From Paecilomyces variotii (Eukaryota), in NCBI GenBank assembly GCA_004022145.1, contig RCNU01000008.1: 64,000 bases of DNA. The stretch is one strand, 5' to 3'. The position numbers and the translations under genes were made by a program. Below are positions 36,214 through 48,433 of this stretch, in pieces; the first letter of the stretch is position 1; each line of letters starts with the position of its first letter. A model generated the notes under the pieces. It was not told the DNA's origin. It made no database searches and worked only from the letters and a program-made list of their open reading frames with translations.

Positions 36214-37323
36214 TCAACCCGGACGGTCTTTATATTTGTCATTGCTTGACGGTCGTAGAGCGTTTGTAAAGTCCGTGGGTGCCAATGCTATACCGGGAGA
36301 CAGCTCGTTCGTTTGAGTCTCGCCGCTCCACGATCCAGATAACTCAGAATGACCTATCTCTTGATCCCGGGGATTTTCCGAATGTTCGAATACGGCGATA
36401 TCGATATCGTCGGGATCCATCCACGGATGTGAAGGGTATCTAATAGTCGGTGCAGCATGGGTCACGTCGGATGTGACTCGCGTGGCATCCACAAAATCCG
36501 GGAAGTCATTCGGGGAGCTGGCAGGTTGTGGCTTCCAGCCGTGGGAATGGACCAGATGAACCAGCTTGCCCAAGACGGCGAACTCCAGCTTCAATTTGAC
36601 ACTGTAGACAGCGCCTTTGAGAGTCGTTTCAATGACGTAAAAGTTCAGATATTCAGCCAAAAGAAGACCCAGGTCCATCGCAATGATAAGCAGATTGATG
36701 CCCAAAAGCTGGTACATAATTTTTCGATTGCGCTTATCCGGATTCAGTTTCAGCAGCTTGACAGTCTCGATGATGTATAGGCCGGAGATGATGAACTCCT
36801 GCAGGCAGAACCCCGTCATCTGGATCTTCTCCATGACATTGTATCCCCGAACGTATGCGGTTGTGTCATAATCAAAATTGGAGCCGAAAGTCACAACGGT
36901 GGTCGGTACATGCAAAACAATCGCGTCGGCAATGATCATGAACAAGACGCGCTGTAGGACTCGAGGATTCCTCAGGACCAGATGTAGCCGCGAGTATAGA
37001 ACGATCGATTGCCCAGTGACCATAAAATACCAGCCGACAGTGAGGAATGTGACAGATAGCCACCGCGCACTCGTGAGATTGAAAAATTTGAGAAGGAAGC
37101 CGAGTGAATATGGTACAACGCCGACGACAGCTGAACAAAGAAGACTCCAGAAGTAAAGGCCCTTATACTGACTAAAAGTCACAAAGAGAAGGACGATGAG
37201 TTCGATCGCGTTGTACCAGGCAATTCCGGTGAAGGTGGCCATGGCAATCTGGACCCCAAGATTGTTTCCTGTATATCCCCCAGTGATGCCGTCACCCGGC
37301 GCACTGGGGCCATCAGTCGCCAT
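36214..37323 (-). CDS. Fungal integral membrane protein (about 7 TM, uncharacterised family)
   Basis: 369-aa single-exon ORF with family-like motifs GIAWYNAIEL, GLYFWS, MVTGQSIVLYSRLHLV, QEFIISGLYI, YSVKLKLEFAVL. Confidence 0.85.
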   Translation of the reverse strand: MATDGPSAPGDGITGGYTGNNLGVQIAMATFTGIAWYNAIELIVLLFVTFSQYKGLYFWSLLCSAVVGVVPYSLGFLLKFFNLTSARWLSVTFLTVGWYFMVTGQSIVLYSRLHLVLRNPRVLQRVLFMIIADAIVLHVPTTVVTFGSNFDYDTTAYVRGYNVMEKIQMTGFCLQEFIISGLYIIETVKLLKLNPDKRNRKIMYQLLGINLLIIAMDLGLLLAEYLNFYVIETTLKGAVYSVKLKLEFAVLGKLVHLVHSHGWKPQPASSPNDFPDFVDATRVTSDVTHAAPTIRYPSHPWMDPDDIDIAVFEHSENPRDQEIGHSELSGSWSGETQTNELSPGIALAPTDFTNALRPSSNDKYKDRPG

Positions 37324-39837
37324 CCTATGTATCGTTGAGCTCTTGCCGTGGCCCTAGTCGCGTGTTATAGACGAGCACACATGGTGTTGGAACTGTCGAT
37401 CCGAGGAGCAGCTTGCGTCCGTTGCCCACATCGCAGCATGGCTGGGATGTCGCAGACGTTTATCACACGCATGTATGGGAGGCCTCACATCCAGGAGGGA
37501 AAGACAGCAGCAAGAGTCTCTTGAAATAGAAGGTCCTGACCGGTTTTAAGACAAGGCTGATGAAAGCGTGTGGACTCCGTGCGCGCCCCCCACAATGCGG
37601 TCAGAGATCCCCATGCTGTGCCCCAAGACTCGGCTTCAGGGCGTCTGCCACCATCGTTGGACAACAGCGAAGAGCTGACCGGGATGTGGACAACTGACAG
37701 CTGCTCCTGAGTCCCGACCAAACGTTCATGCGGGGGAGGACCGAGTGTTCAGGCTCCACCGTCCAACCTCGAGTGTCGATAGTTATTATTATTGGATCTC
37801 GTAGCGTGGCGCGGAGGCGAGAACGAACAAATCGAATAATCAATAGTACAATAATAAATCATACGTGAGCCGCTAGCCCTGGCAGAGACCCAAGGAACAG
37901 ATGGATCAGGACATGCGAGTCTTTTCGGACAGATCCAGACGACAGACTCTGATCCTCCCAAATACCAGACCAACAGGCTGTTCTTTGTAGAGACCGAAGA
38001 GAGACACGGCACTATCGGGGGAGTTACGTGTGCCAGGGACTCTTGATCGTCGATCATATTGTCATTGTTGTCCCCTCATCCGGTTCTTAGTCTCTGTCCT
38101 GGTTTCTGTCCTAGTTCGCCAAGAATGAGACAGGCGCAAGGTGCGATTATGTACGGAATACTCCGTACTCTCATTGCATGCCGCAGTCCTAGACGAGGGA
38201 GCCCTATGACCGTCGGAGTCTCCGTCCAACAGCGGTTTTTCTCGGATATTGGCGAGCCACAGGCGACCACCGATGTCGCTGGGCGTGTCGATCCACGGCC
38301 TCAAGCGAGGAGATGGGTGGATTATTTCGCTCGCGGTTGCCGCTCTGAGGCACCATTGCGAGCAAGACGGGGAAGAAACCGTGCTTGCAGTGTTGACGAT
38401 CCTTGCGGGTGGTGAGAAAGGCGAGGGTGAAGATGACCACCAGAACTTCTTCTCGGCGCTGTTACTCGTCCGCTGCAGACCGCAACAACGCACGCTGTAC
38501 GATCCCACCGGAACGCCTTCGTGTCATTTGGAGAAAGCAATACTCTAACTAACTTACTCCGTACTTGCTTCGGATAAAAACCGTCACGGCTGTTCAGTGG
38601 GATGTTTATTGAGGTCCCTGGCCCCTGTTGTTGTGGCATTTGCATCTACCACCATCGGATCATCTCACGAGTTGCAACGCTGGTGGGATTGTAGCGATCG
38701 TGAGACTCTCAGCCCAAGCAGAGACATCATCTCTATTGGCTCCCTAACATCCAACGGCTCGTTGTCTTGACTGACTTGTACGAGGAACTAACTAGCGTAC
38801 AGACTCCTCGTAGTCACGCATCTCAAATAACAACCCGCCGTGGATGAGGATCTCCGGGCAATTCAACGATGGAGTTTGGTACTCTTCTTTATCCTATCGA
38901 GTGACACTCCGGCATCACTGAGTAAGGTTATTACTGCTGCTACCTGACGGGGTAAAACGATGCGACTGTTGCAGTTACGCGAATCGGGCCAAACCTAACT
39001 CCTCTTTTGATGGTGTTTCTGAAGGCCTAAATCTGCGCCATTGAATCCTTCCGGCTTCTCCACGTCACGGACAGCACAGGACATGTAGTCTATGTCGGAC
39101 TCATCAGCACCAAATACGACCTCAGAAGTCCGCGAACCGTCAGTAGAGTCAGCATCACACGAGCCGTACATCCGCTAAAGAGGGATTCATCCCGATGGCT
39201 ATGTAATATGTCTGTATGCGGGATTATTACCGCAGCACAGCTGAGGAAGTACTCGTATAAGACGAATTTGTCCCACCAATGACCCTTGGTCTCAAGCTTG
39301 CTCCCGACAACCCACGGGATTGCTATTATGTCAAACACGAGCATGCGGTTGATTACCCTAGTAGATAGTTAACTATCGGGTGATTACCAAGAAGCGGTCC
39401 GGTTCGTCGCCCTGCCAGTGGTTGTATTTATTGTATTACTTCCCAAATCTGGGGAATCTGCAGTCCTAGAAATATCAAAGGTGTAGATGGCATTTATCTA
39501 CATAACAGCCATGCTCTCTGCCTTAGGAAGTAGGAAGCCGGGCGCTGAAACTAACTCTGGTTTCCTATCTTGGATGCAGCATATCAATTTATTGACGACT
39601 ATCAAGCCATTACTACCAGACTGATATCCATCATGCGCAGGGATAAGAAACGAGAGGTATGTACCTGTATAGAACAGACAGAAAAGATCCACAGACCTAC
39701 TTCGATCATATCTCCTCTTTATTTATGTATTTATGTATTTATTCTATTTTTTTTCTAAGAATTCCTGTCCCTTCAACAACTATCCACGCCAACTCCATTG
39801 GAGAAGAAAGTAAATATTCAACACAATCCACATCCTA

Positions 39838-40557
39838 TCAAATCACATAAGGAATAAACCTCGCCGTCCTCTCATGCCACCTCACCCACTCCTGTCCGAA
39901 CTTCTCCTTCAACATCCCCTCTTCATCCTTGACCCTCGTAGCCAGCGCGGAACTCGCAAAAGCCATCGGCGCAATCAGAACGACCCATCCCCATCCAGTC
40001 AACGCAGCCAGGAAAGACTCCGGAATAAAACATGCCGGAGACGAATCCCATCGCAAAACCAGCAGGTTCATTGCGATACTAATGAGGAATTGGCCCGTGT
40101 ACGACGGGTGTTGGATGAAATGGTAGATTCCCGACGTGACCAGTCTGTCCGGAGGGGCTAGTTGGAAGGTGAAGTTCTTGCCTAGACCACCGTAGGCGCT
40201 GAGGCGGATGGCGGCGCCCAGGTATGTCAGCGCGAGAGTGGTCGTGGTGAATGAGTTCCAGGTGTAGAAGTCGCTGTGGAGGTTCGAGGCGTGCGGGCAG
40301 ATACGTTGTAGACTGGCTGCATCATCATCATGGGCGGCTGATGGCCAGGATACAGCCAGCAGCGCATGGAATAGATACAATACTAGCGAGATATAGCCAA
40401 CTGAACGTGTGACTCTGCCTGTTAGGAAATGGATTCGATCTCCCTTGTATGCGCGCGATTGCGACGGAGGAGGATTCGGCGGCGTGACGCATATGGCGTT
40501 CAGGTACCCGGCGCCTGCGAGCGCGAGCGCGAATGCCAGGGAGGAGAGAGAAGGCAT
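39838..40557 (-). CDS. ICMT/PEMT-family integral membrane methyltransferase
   Basis: 239 aa; LGKNFT...LVTSGIYHFIQHPSYTG and RVKDEEGMLKEKFGQEW...RFIP motifs. Confidence 0.85.
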   Translation of the reverse strand: MPSLSSLAFALALAGAGYLNAICVTPPNPPPSQSRAYKGDRIHFLTGRVTRSVGYISLVLYLFHALLAVSWPSAAHDDDAASLQRICPHASNLHSDFYTWNSFTTTTLALTYLGAAIRLSAYGGLGKNFTFQLAPPDRLVTSGIYHFIQHPSYTGQFLISIAMNLLVLRWDSSPACFIPESFLAALTGWGWVVLIAPMAFASSALATRVKDEEGMLKEKFGQEWVRWHERTARFIPYVI

Positions 40558-41315
40558 GGTTGGGTTCAGGAGAAGAATAAACTGGTCGTAAACGGTGAGC
40601 GAGTAGATATCTCTCTTGACCTGCTTGCTGCCTTACCGTCGTCCGTAAATAATAACTAAGGTACCCGACAGCCGACTTTATATCTGTACCGTTAAGTAGG
40701 ATGTTCAGATGCCGATTGGCCGGAGGGGTGGCCATAAATAGGTGAATATCAAATACGAACACAATCGGGGAAAGGTCAATGATAATTTAGGTAAAGTCAA
40801 GTTGGCACTAGGCCCCCAGTTCCTTCGAGCAATAATATTTATTAAAAAACCTAACCAATGAGTGAGTTTATCCTGCAGAACACACTGATATATATGTAGG
40901 ATCTCTTCTGATCATTTCTTTGACCGTTTGCATAGCCAAACAAAGCCTGCATATAAAATCTGAGCTGTGTTTCACAGATAGTGACATACACCACTTGTAT
41001 TAGGTACCACTAGCTCTTAAGAAAGAGACAAAGCAAGCAGCACCACTTCGAGGCCAACTCCGATAATAGACTGCTAACTAGACTACCACATTGGATGTCT
41101 CAAGAAGGACAAATGCCTGGTACCTACGATCCCGCAAGCAGCAAAAGTTTGAACCGCTCTGTCCAAGCAAGTTCTCTCGACCTCAGGATATCTCCCTGAA
41201 TTAATAATTAACTCCTTCCAAACGCCTCAATTCCACCCAAACCCAACCTCCGTAACTCGTAGCCCAAACGCCTTTGTATAATAGAACCACGCCATTTGAT
41301 CAAGATATGTCCTCT

Positions 41316-42029
41316 TTACTTCCTTTCTCCATCTGCCCCTTCATCCTCAGGCACCGTCCCTCCTGTCGCTCTGACCACACGATCTACCTCTCCCCGACAC
41401 TCCGGCATCGCGCTCCTCATCTCCCGAGCCAGCACATCCCGAAAAGAAGCGAATGCTTCCATCTTCCCTTTCAGGTCTTGATTGCCGCGCTGTACAAGCT
41501 CGACGAACTCGCGTGTGTAGATGTCTGGATTGCGCGCGGCGTCGACGTAGTCGATGATCTCGGGTGGGAGTTGGACGGCCGAAACGGGCGGGTCGGAGGG
41601 GTCAGAGGAGTCGGCGGTGGAAACGGCAGCGGAGGGATCGTAGCGAGTATCGTTGGAGAGGGTTGATAGGGCGAGGGTGAGTGATTTTCTAGAGGGGTAT
41701 ATTGTGGTTAGCAGTGTCTTCGTTGCTGTCTGAGTTCGGTGGTCGCAGAGGGATATGAGCATGTGGGCACTGAGAGAGAGACATAAAAGTCAGAAGATAA
41801 GAAATGGAAAAGACACGTACATCTTCCGCACGAGTTCATGCTGGGTTTCAGGTCCTAGGTATCCATGGACCGCGGACTGGATCTCAAAGAGCTGTTGAAT
41901 CACTTCCTTGAGATCATCTGCAGGAGGCGCATGTATTAGCCCCGGTGTTCCTGATATATCGGCTTTATGACCATCTCCAGAATAGAGGGCTCACTCACTG
42001 TCCACCTTGCTCAATGTTATGGGCGCCAT
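41316..42029 (-). CDS. MED10: Mediator of RNA polymerase II transcription subunit 10
   Basis: Exons 42029-41999, 41917-41821, 41688-41316: MAPITLSKVDNDLKEVIQQLFEIQSAVHGYLGPETQHELVRKI...LPPEIIDYVDAARNPDIYTREFVE...NQDLKGK (NUT2 family). Confidence 0.93.
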
Positions 42030-42449
42030 CTGCGCAGTGACGGTCTGCTGGTTCGTTGTCCGTGATCAAATCCGATAATAACTGACTGATTTACTCGACT
42101 GCGGAGAGCTTTCCTTTCCCCGACTAGGCCAGCCAATGAGAGTGCACAATGAAGCTTTGCGTGCTACTTTCTCTACAACGCAACATGGCCAACAGTGTGA
42201 CCCAGATGAATACAAAATTATAGAAATTGTAGACATATCGATACCAGGATCAGAGGAGTGATCGGATATATATATATTCAGAGAATTAACGCGATAAGTT
42301 GCCTACCCCAACGATATGTCTATGGCAACCAGTCTGCAAAGGCTATATGTACTGGCAGCGAACAACGCTTGCAATAAATGCTCCTCGAAGCAACAACACC
42401 AACGCTGATATGGTGACAAAGAAAGAACAAAAAGAAAAAGGCAGTTCTT

Positions 42450-45400
42450 CTACACCTCCCGGGTCCGAATGCTAGGGAGTCTAGGAATATCAATCTCCGT
42501 CTCCACCAGCTCAAGACCGGAAAGACTAGGATAACGTCTGCTGAAGCTCTCCTCCCATTCATCGGTGGTGCCACTGATGGGGGTTTCGATATTACCGCTT
42601 GTCGAGGGAGTCTCAGACTTGCCGGTGAGCTGCAGGTTCTTCGGCTTGGGAGGAGCTGCCGGACGTGGCCCGGTGCGCTGCACCGAAGCGAATGTACCAG
42701 ACGCAGTCTGCTGTTTAGGGAGTCCACCGGGGGCTCCAGACACATCCTTAGGCCTTGCAGGTAATTTCGGCTTGTCGAATTCGTTATACACGGGCCCAGG
42801 GTTTCGCGAGAGGGGTCGCGAATTGGGCTGTGGTTCCGAGCGTGACTCGAATTGCTTTGCCTGCAAAGCGTCGTCTGAGTCAGTGTATCGTCCATACCCC
42901 GAAGCTGTCTTCGGTGGTGCTGGTTTGTTGTTTTCTTGAAGGAGAGACTGGACCTTACTCTGAATAGAAGGCGCAGTGCCTTCAGGTCTGCGACCACCAT
43001 CTCCTTTCTCCGCCAACCGACGCCTATATTCAGCCGCCGCATTGGCTACCCGTTTCTCCTCCTGCGACAGTCGCCGTCTTTCCAACTCCCGGCGCATCTC
43101 AGGCGAAACATCGTCCTCGTTCTCGCCCACACCTTCGCCACTCAAGTCCGCCGCTTCAGAGGCCGCGATAGGCGGCAGCCGGCTGTTAGTCTCGTCAGGG
43201 GAGGGAGTGCGACTACCCTGGCCCTGCTCCGGAACGTTGTGCTCAAAGCGCCGGAAGGCCTCTCCGAATCTACCAGCCAACAGAGACTTCGTTCCCGACA
43301 AAGACAGGGACGTAAGACTGGAGCGCTTGACATGCTTTGAGCCGCTACCCATGCGTTTGTCACGCTTCCTGTTGTTTTCTTCTTCCTCTCTTGCACGCAG
43401 GTAATCAATATCGGACGAGATATTGTTCCGATCATAGTCACGATGCTCCACACTTGTGTATGCGTGCTGCAACGGCGCCCCATCCTCGTATGGAGTTCTA
43501 GGCGAATCCATAGATGAACGCCCGCTTCCCAAGTTCACCGGTCTCGACGACACAAGGACAGACTGAGGTCTCGCTTTAGAGTTGGCAGATTTTGAACGAG
43601 AAACCGGATCATCGATGTCCAGGTGACTGGGACGAGACATCTCGAGGGACGGTCTCGACGAAACGGGAAAATGAGAGATCCCTTCAGAGGACGGTTTGTG
43701 CTTCGGTTCGATCTTGTGGATGGTCGTCGTTTGCGAAGGTACACTTCCTTGTCCAGTGGGCGCCCTCCCGGGTTCGGACGCCCATGGCTGACTAGATGAA
43801 CGGCGTTCATGGCCTGACGGTGGAAATCTATAGATAGGCCGGTTCGAGGGCGGTTTGATGTCTGAAGTTGAAGTTGAAGTTGGAGGCGGAGACGGCGTGG
43901 TCATGGTACCAGTAGACACCATGACAGGTTTCTGCGGGGACGGCTGATAAAGTGGTGTCTGTCGAGCAGCAGGAGCAGCTTCCCCTCCAAGTCTAGGAGA
44001 CTCCTTCGGTCCCCTCTCTGTCGGGGCAGAGAGAGCCTGCGTGTTTCCGGTCGACTCCCTGGGTGGCATTGACGGCGTTGCGTGTTTGGCGAAGACTTCG
44101 TCAGCGAGAGCATTGGTAACCCTCTGTGACAGATCATCCGGCTCCGGCTTTGTCTCGACAACCGTAGACTCGAAGTCGAATTTGCTTCCCTTTTCATGCA
44201 GCAATGAAAACTGATCGAGCGTCGGGAACCGCGCAGATAGCTCGTCTACAGGGTCCTTCGATTTTCCTCCATCCAACGCTGCAAAAGGATCGTTTGACAC
44301 TGCTCGCGGCGCTGCTGGTGATGGACTTGGTCTGGCCGAGTTGTGCTGTGAAGTTGGCTTCGCAGGTCGTCCACGCCGCATCGGGGCAATCTCTGGGATT
44401 ATCTGGGTCTCTTGAACCGGTGGTGAAAACACGGCGCCCACTCTAGGTGCGTCCGTAGGCGATGGAGGAAGTTCCTGGTACCGACGTGCCTCAGACACGG
44501 AACGGCCAGAATAGATCTGCAGCTTGTTAGAATGTTCAATTGCAGGAAGCGAGAATAACGACTCACATCCTGAATGGGCACCTCTCGGCCTGACATCTGG
44601 CACGATTCCTTCAAGACCTCGTAGATATTTGGCCGCTTCTGCGGCTGTTCTCTCAACATTGAGGCTAACAACTCCGAGTCAGCACCCGTCCGATACAGAA
44701 AAAAGAAAGAGAAGGAGATCCAGGCATACCAATCAGCAGCTTCAAGCGGTCCGAAAACGGAGGATAAGCCGGAAACTTGTAACTGGCGTTTAAGATCGCC
44801 ATCTGCCCGACCTCTTCGAAAGGTGTCGTATAATAGCACAATTTGTACAACAGGACTCCCAGCGCCCAGATATCACTCTTCTCGTCAATCGGCTGCTTGC
44901 GATACACATCAATCATCTCCGGACTCCGGTACTGGAGGGTGGTATGTCTCTGCACGTCATCCTCGATCAACCGGCCCTCAGCGGCACTCGTCGCGGCTGG
45001 CCGCGGCGGGGCAGCTGACCCGAAATCACACAGCTTGTAGCACACGGACTTCCCAGCCAGCGATATGAGAACATTCTCAACCTTGAGATCTCGATGTAGC
45101 AGCGGAGGCTTGAGATAATGCATACACGCAACCCCCTCCGCAACGTCCGTGAAGATCTTCAAGATCTCCGGCTCCGTCAACCTGTTCTGCAGCCGGGTAT
45201 TCATAAAGTCAATCAGACCCCCACCCGAACAGAACTCCATCAGCAGGAAGACTTCGTAGCCGCCTCCCTTCAACTGAGAGGCGTGCGAGTCGAAATATTT
45301 CACGATGTGCCGGTGGCCCTTGAGCTTCTTCATCGTCTCCACTTCCGTCCGCATGTTGGCCAGCGCTGCCTTGTCGGGGACGGCTACACGCTTCAGGACC

Positions 45401-45645
45401 GCAATGTCCGTCCCGTCGACGGGTTGCGGTAGTCGAACCACATAGACATGGGCGAATCCTCCCTCAGAGAGGTATTTCTCGATGACCACACGGTGGCTCC
45501 CGACCTGGACCTTGGTGCCCGGCACAAAGGTTCCAGCGGGGGCGGAGTGCTGCATTGCCGCAGCAGGATTGTACTGCGGGGGCTGTCGATGGCCGTGGGC
45601 GGCATGGGAATTGGGAGCATGGTGTTGAGGATGATAGGAAGACAT
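42450..45645 (-). CDS. NAK-family (Ark1/Prk1/Akl1-like) Ser/Thr kinase with long disordered C-terminus
   Basis: LSEGGFAHVY, AVLKR, LHRDLKVEN, LCDFGS, TTLQYRSPEM, KSDIWALG; introns 44665-44729 and 44517-44566; DPF motif and Pro-rich tail. Confidence 0.94.
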
Positions 45646-46543
45646 GATGGCAGCAAGCCCTGGATGGGGCCCCTAAGACTGGCGGTCGCGGCGATTATCG
45701 TGACTGCATAGAGGGAGGAGGGAGGGAGGAGCGGACGATTAAGCTCGATGCCGTTAAGACAGGCAAGGGATCAAAGAGACGGCCGGCTCGCCAGCCCGGG
45801 GAACGCGGGGGGTGAGAAAAAGAAACAAACAGGCAACAGACAAGCAGCAGCAGGAGGAGGAAAAAGGCGTGAGGCTGGCGAGCAACTCGTGATTGATTGG
45901 GGATCTCAAATGATCGGGGTTCGTGATACCGCAAGGCTTCCAGCTCGACGTTGTTGCTCCAGTCTGGCCTCTCCGCCCGGCGCCGCCTCGGCCAATCACG
46001 GCTGCCCGTGCGGCACCTCCCCCTGATGCTCTCTTCCTCTCTGGTCAGAGACACCATTTCACGCGGTCTCAAAAGGCGACTGTCTAGCTAACAACTAACT
46101 AGATACGAGCAGAAGCAATAACTAATTTACTAACGCGCCAAACGCTCTCCCTTTGGGCCATTTCTTCGACAACTATACCTACCTACTTACTGCCAACACC
46201 GTGTGCTGACGTGGTGGTCCTGACTCGGTCTGACCAAATTATCGCGAGACACCGGTTGAGTCGTCTGCGATATGCTCATCTTAGGAGGTCACCGTGCGTC
46301 CAGCAGAGAACCCAAAGCAGCAGGCCGGCTGCCAGAATACACACACGGAGCCTCATTCGTGCCAAGTCGGTAATACTCGGCCCCGGCAGCGTAGGAAACG
46401 GCCAACTACGGATGAAACACATGCCAACGTTTCGATCTCTATGCGAGACATACAATTGTATATTGTATACTGATATGCACAACCGCAATATCGTCGAATC
46501 ATCGGAGAGAATAACGCCTATCTTCGTGAAAATGACCCATTGC

Positions 46544-48433
46544 TCATAACCCATATGTAAACGTGATTGCCTCGTCACCTCTCCGTAGGAAAGCTTCTTC
46601 TCGACTCATCCGCAAGAGCCTCTCTCCAACCCAGTGTCGGATTGTCGTATCCCACCAGGATCCTCCAATCACTGCAGCGCTCGGAATGTTTTCCATTAAA
46701 GATTCGTCCGCTCCGTGGTGATCTTGGTCGCTGCGCAGATCCTCCGACTTGCTGGCTTTGACGCGCGCTGCATTGAGCCGAATTAACATAAACTCCAAAC
46801 CAAGGAACCCCAGGAAGCTGAAAACCACGAAGCCCAAGGTGACGAACAGCGGCACGCGATACTCATTGCCGCGCCAACGAGGTGCGAAAAGCAAGGCAGC
46901 AAGGACGCCGGCAAGGTTACCCCAACCATTAACACCAAGAATAATCGCTCTCTTGCCTGGCTGAGGAATGTTGCCAGACAACCAAGCCACAGTGAGGGGG
47001 CTGGGGACAAAACTACCACTGAGGAGCAAGCAGAGCGAGAGATACTGGGCCAACGCCTTGTTAGGCACCGAGGATGAGGACGTGAAGGACATGACCAAAG
47101 TCATGATCAGACCCAGAGCGATGAGACCAAGGCCGCAGAGAATGGGCAAGATGCGCTGCTGGGATCTATCACTTCCCTTGGAGAACAGATAGAGCGTCAC
47201 CGCTGCGATCAGGAATGGAGGTACAGTCAGCAAGTTGCTGTACAGAGGGGAGGACAGGTTGAGGGATTCCACGACGAGGGGAAGGAATATAGAGAAAGAG
47301 GTTCCTGGAATGGCGGATGCAATGTTAAGTATGAGAATGGGACCAATCAGGGGGAGTAGTAGGATCGACGATAGGATGTCAGTCTTTGACAATCCGCTAT
47401 CAGAAGTCACATCTTTGCTCGTCACCGTATGTTGACTCGTAGAGTGTGATGCGAGAAGACGGCTCTCCTCTTCGTCTGAAGAAGGCCGGAGGTGTGTGAG
47501 CTGTTCATGCCCAGTGGAGGCCTCAGAATCGGAAGGCTCTTTGTAATGGAATTGCTCCAAACCATCACGATCAATGCGAATGCGCTCATCTGCCAATATG
47601 CGCTCTTCCCTATTAAGAAACCACGCAGTGCCCGGACTCCTTGGTAGCCAAAAGAAGCCAATCAAAGCAACAAGCATCGTCAAGGCACCTTCTATCAAAA
47701 ACAGTGTCTGCCATGGTCTCCAGCCGCCTGAGGGAAGACTTCCGGCATCGGTTCTATCATCTGGCGGAAAGCAATAGAAGACCACGAAAGCAAGAAAGCC
47801 ACCAAGCGCTCCGGCCACCGCGTACTGACCATAGAACAGACCAAGACGGCGAGCAAACTCGTAACGAGTATAGAAAAGAGATAAGTAAGAGACCGTAGTT
47901 GGGTAAAAGCCCGCTGGTAACCAAAGTCAGCTAAGTAGTTCCTCACTGTTAAGGGGGGAACTAGCCGGTATACTAGAAAAAAGAATCAACCAACCTTCAA
48001 GACACCCAATCAAGATCCTAACCGTAATCAACTGCCACCTCTTACTGATCCAAATATGAAGCATCGTAAACAGTCCCCACAGTGCCATCACGGCCGGAAC
48101 CCATCTGCCCATACCAAACTTCCTTCCCGCAGCTGCTCCAACGGGCTGCAGCGCAACGAAGAAAGCAAAGAAACACGCCACGGCGGTATTGAGATCTTTC
48201 GGATCCAGTCCCGCATCGCGGGTGAAGTGCGCCGTCTCGGCATTTCCGATGTTGGAGCGATCCAGCGAGTTGAGGAGGAAGAGCAGCGAGAGGAACGGCA
48301 GGAGGATGTAGTCGAGCTTGCGGATGACGTGCCGCTCGGTTACCTCGTGGAAGTGCGAGACATCTTCGAGTTCCGCTGGTTGGGTCAGAGTCGGTTCCAT
48401 GGCTGGGCCTCGATAAGAGAAAGCCTCTAGCAT
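46544..48433 (-). CDS. MFS transporter, anion:cation symporter (Dal5/Tna1-like) family
   Basis: RKLDYILLP...LDRSNIGNA, EAGFYP after intron ~47914-47994, WQTLFLIEG, WFLNREER. The start could be ATG 48433 or 48400. Confidence 0.9.

Noticed and set aside
38059-38645. Cluster of overlapping 100-150-aa ORFs
   Set aside because: GC-rich non-coding stretch; most have non-ATG starts, with no motifs or convincing splice structure.
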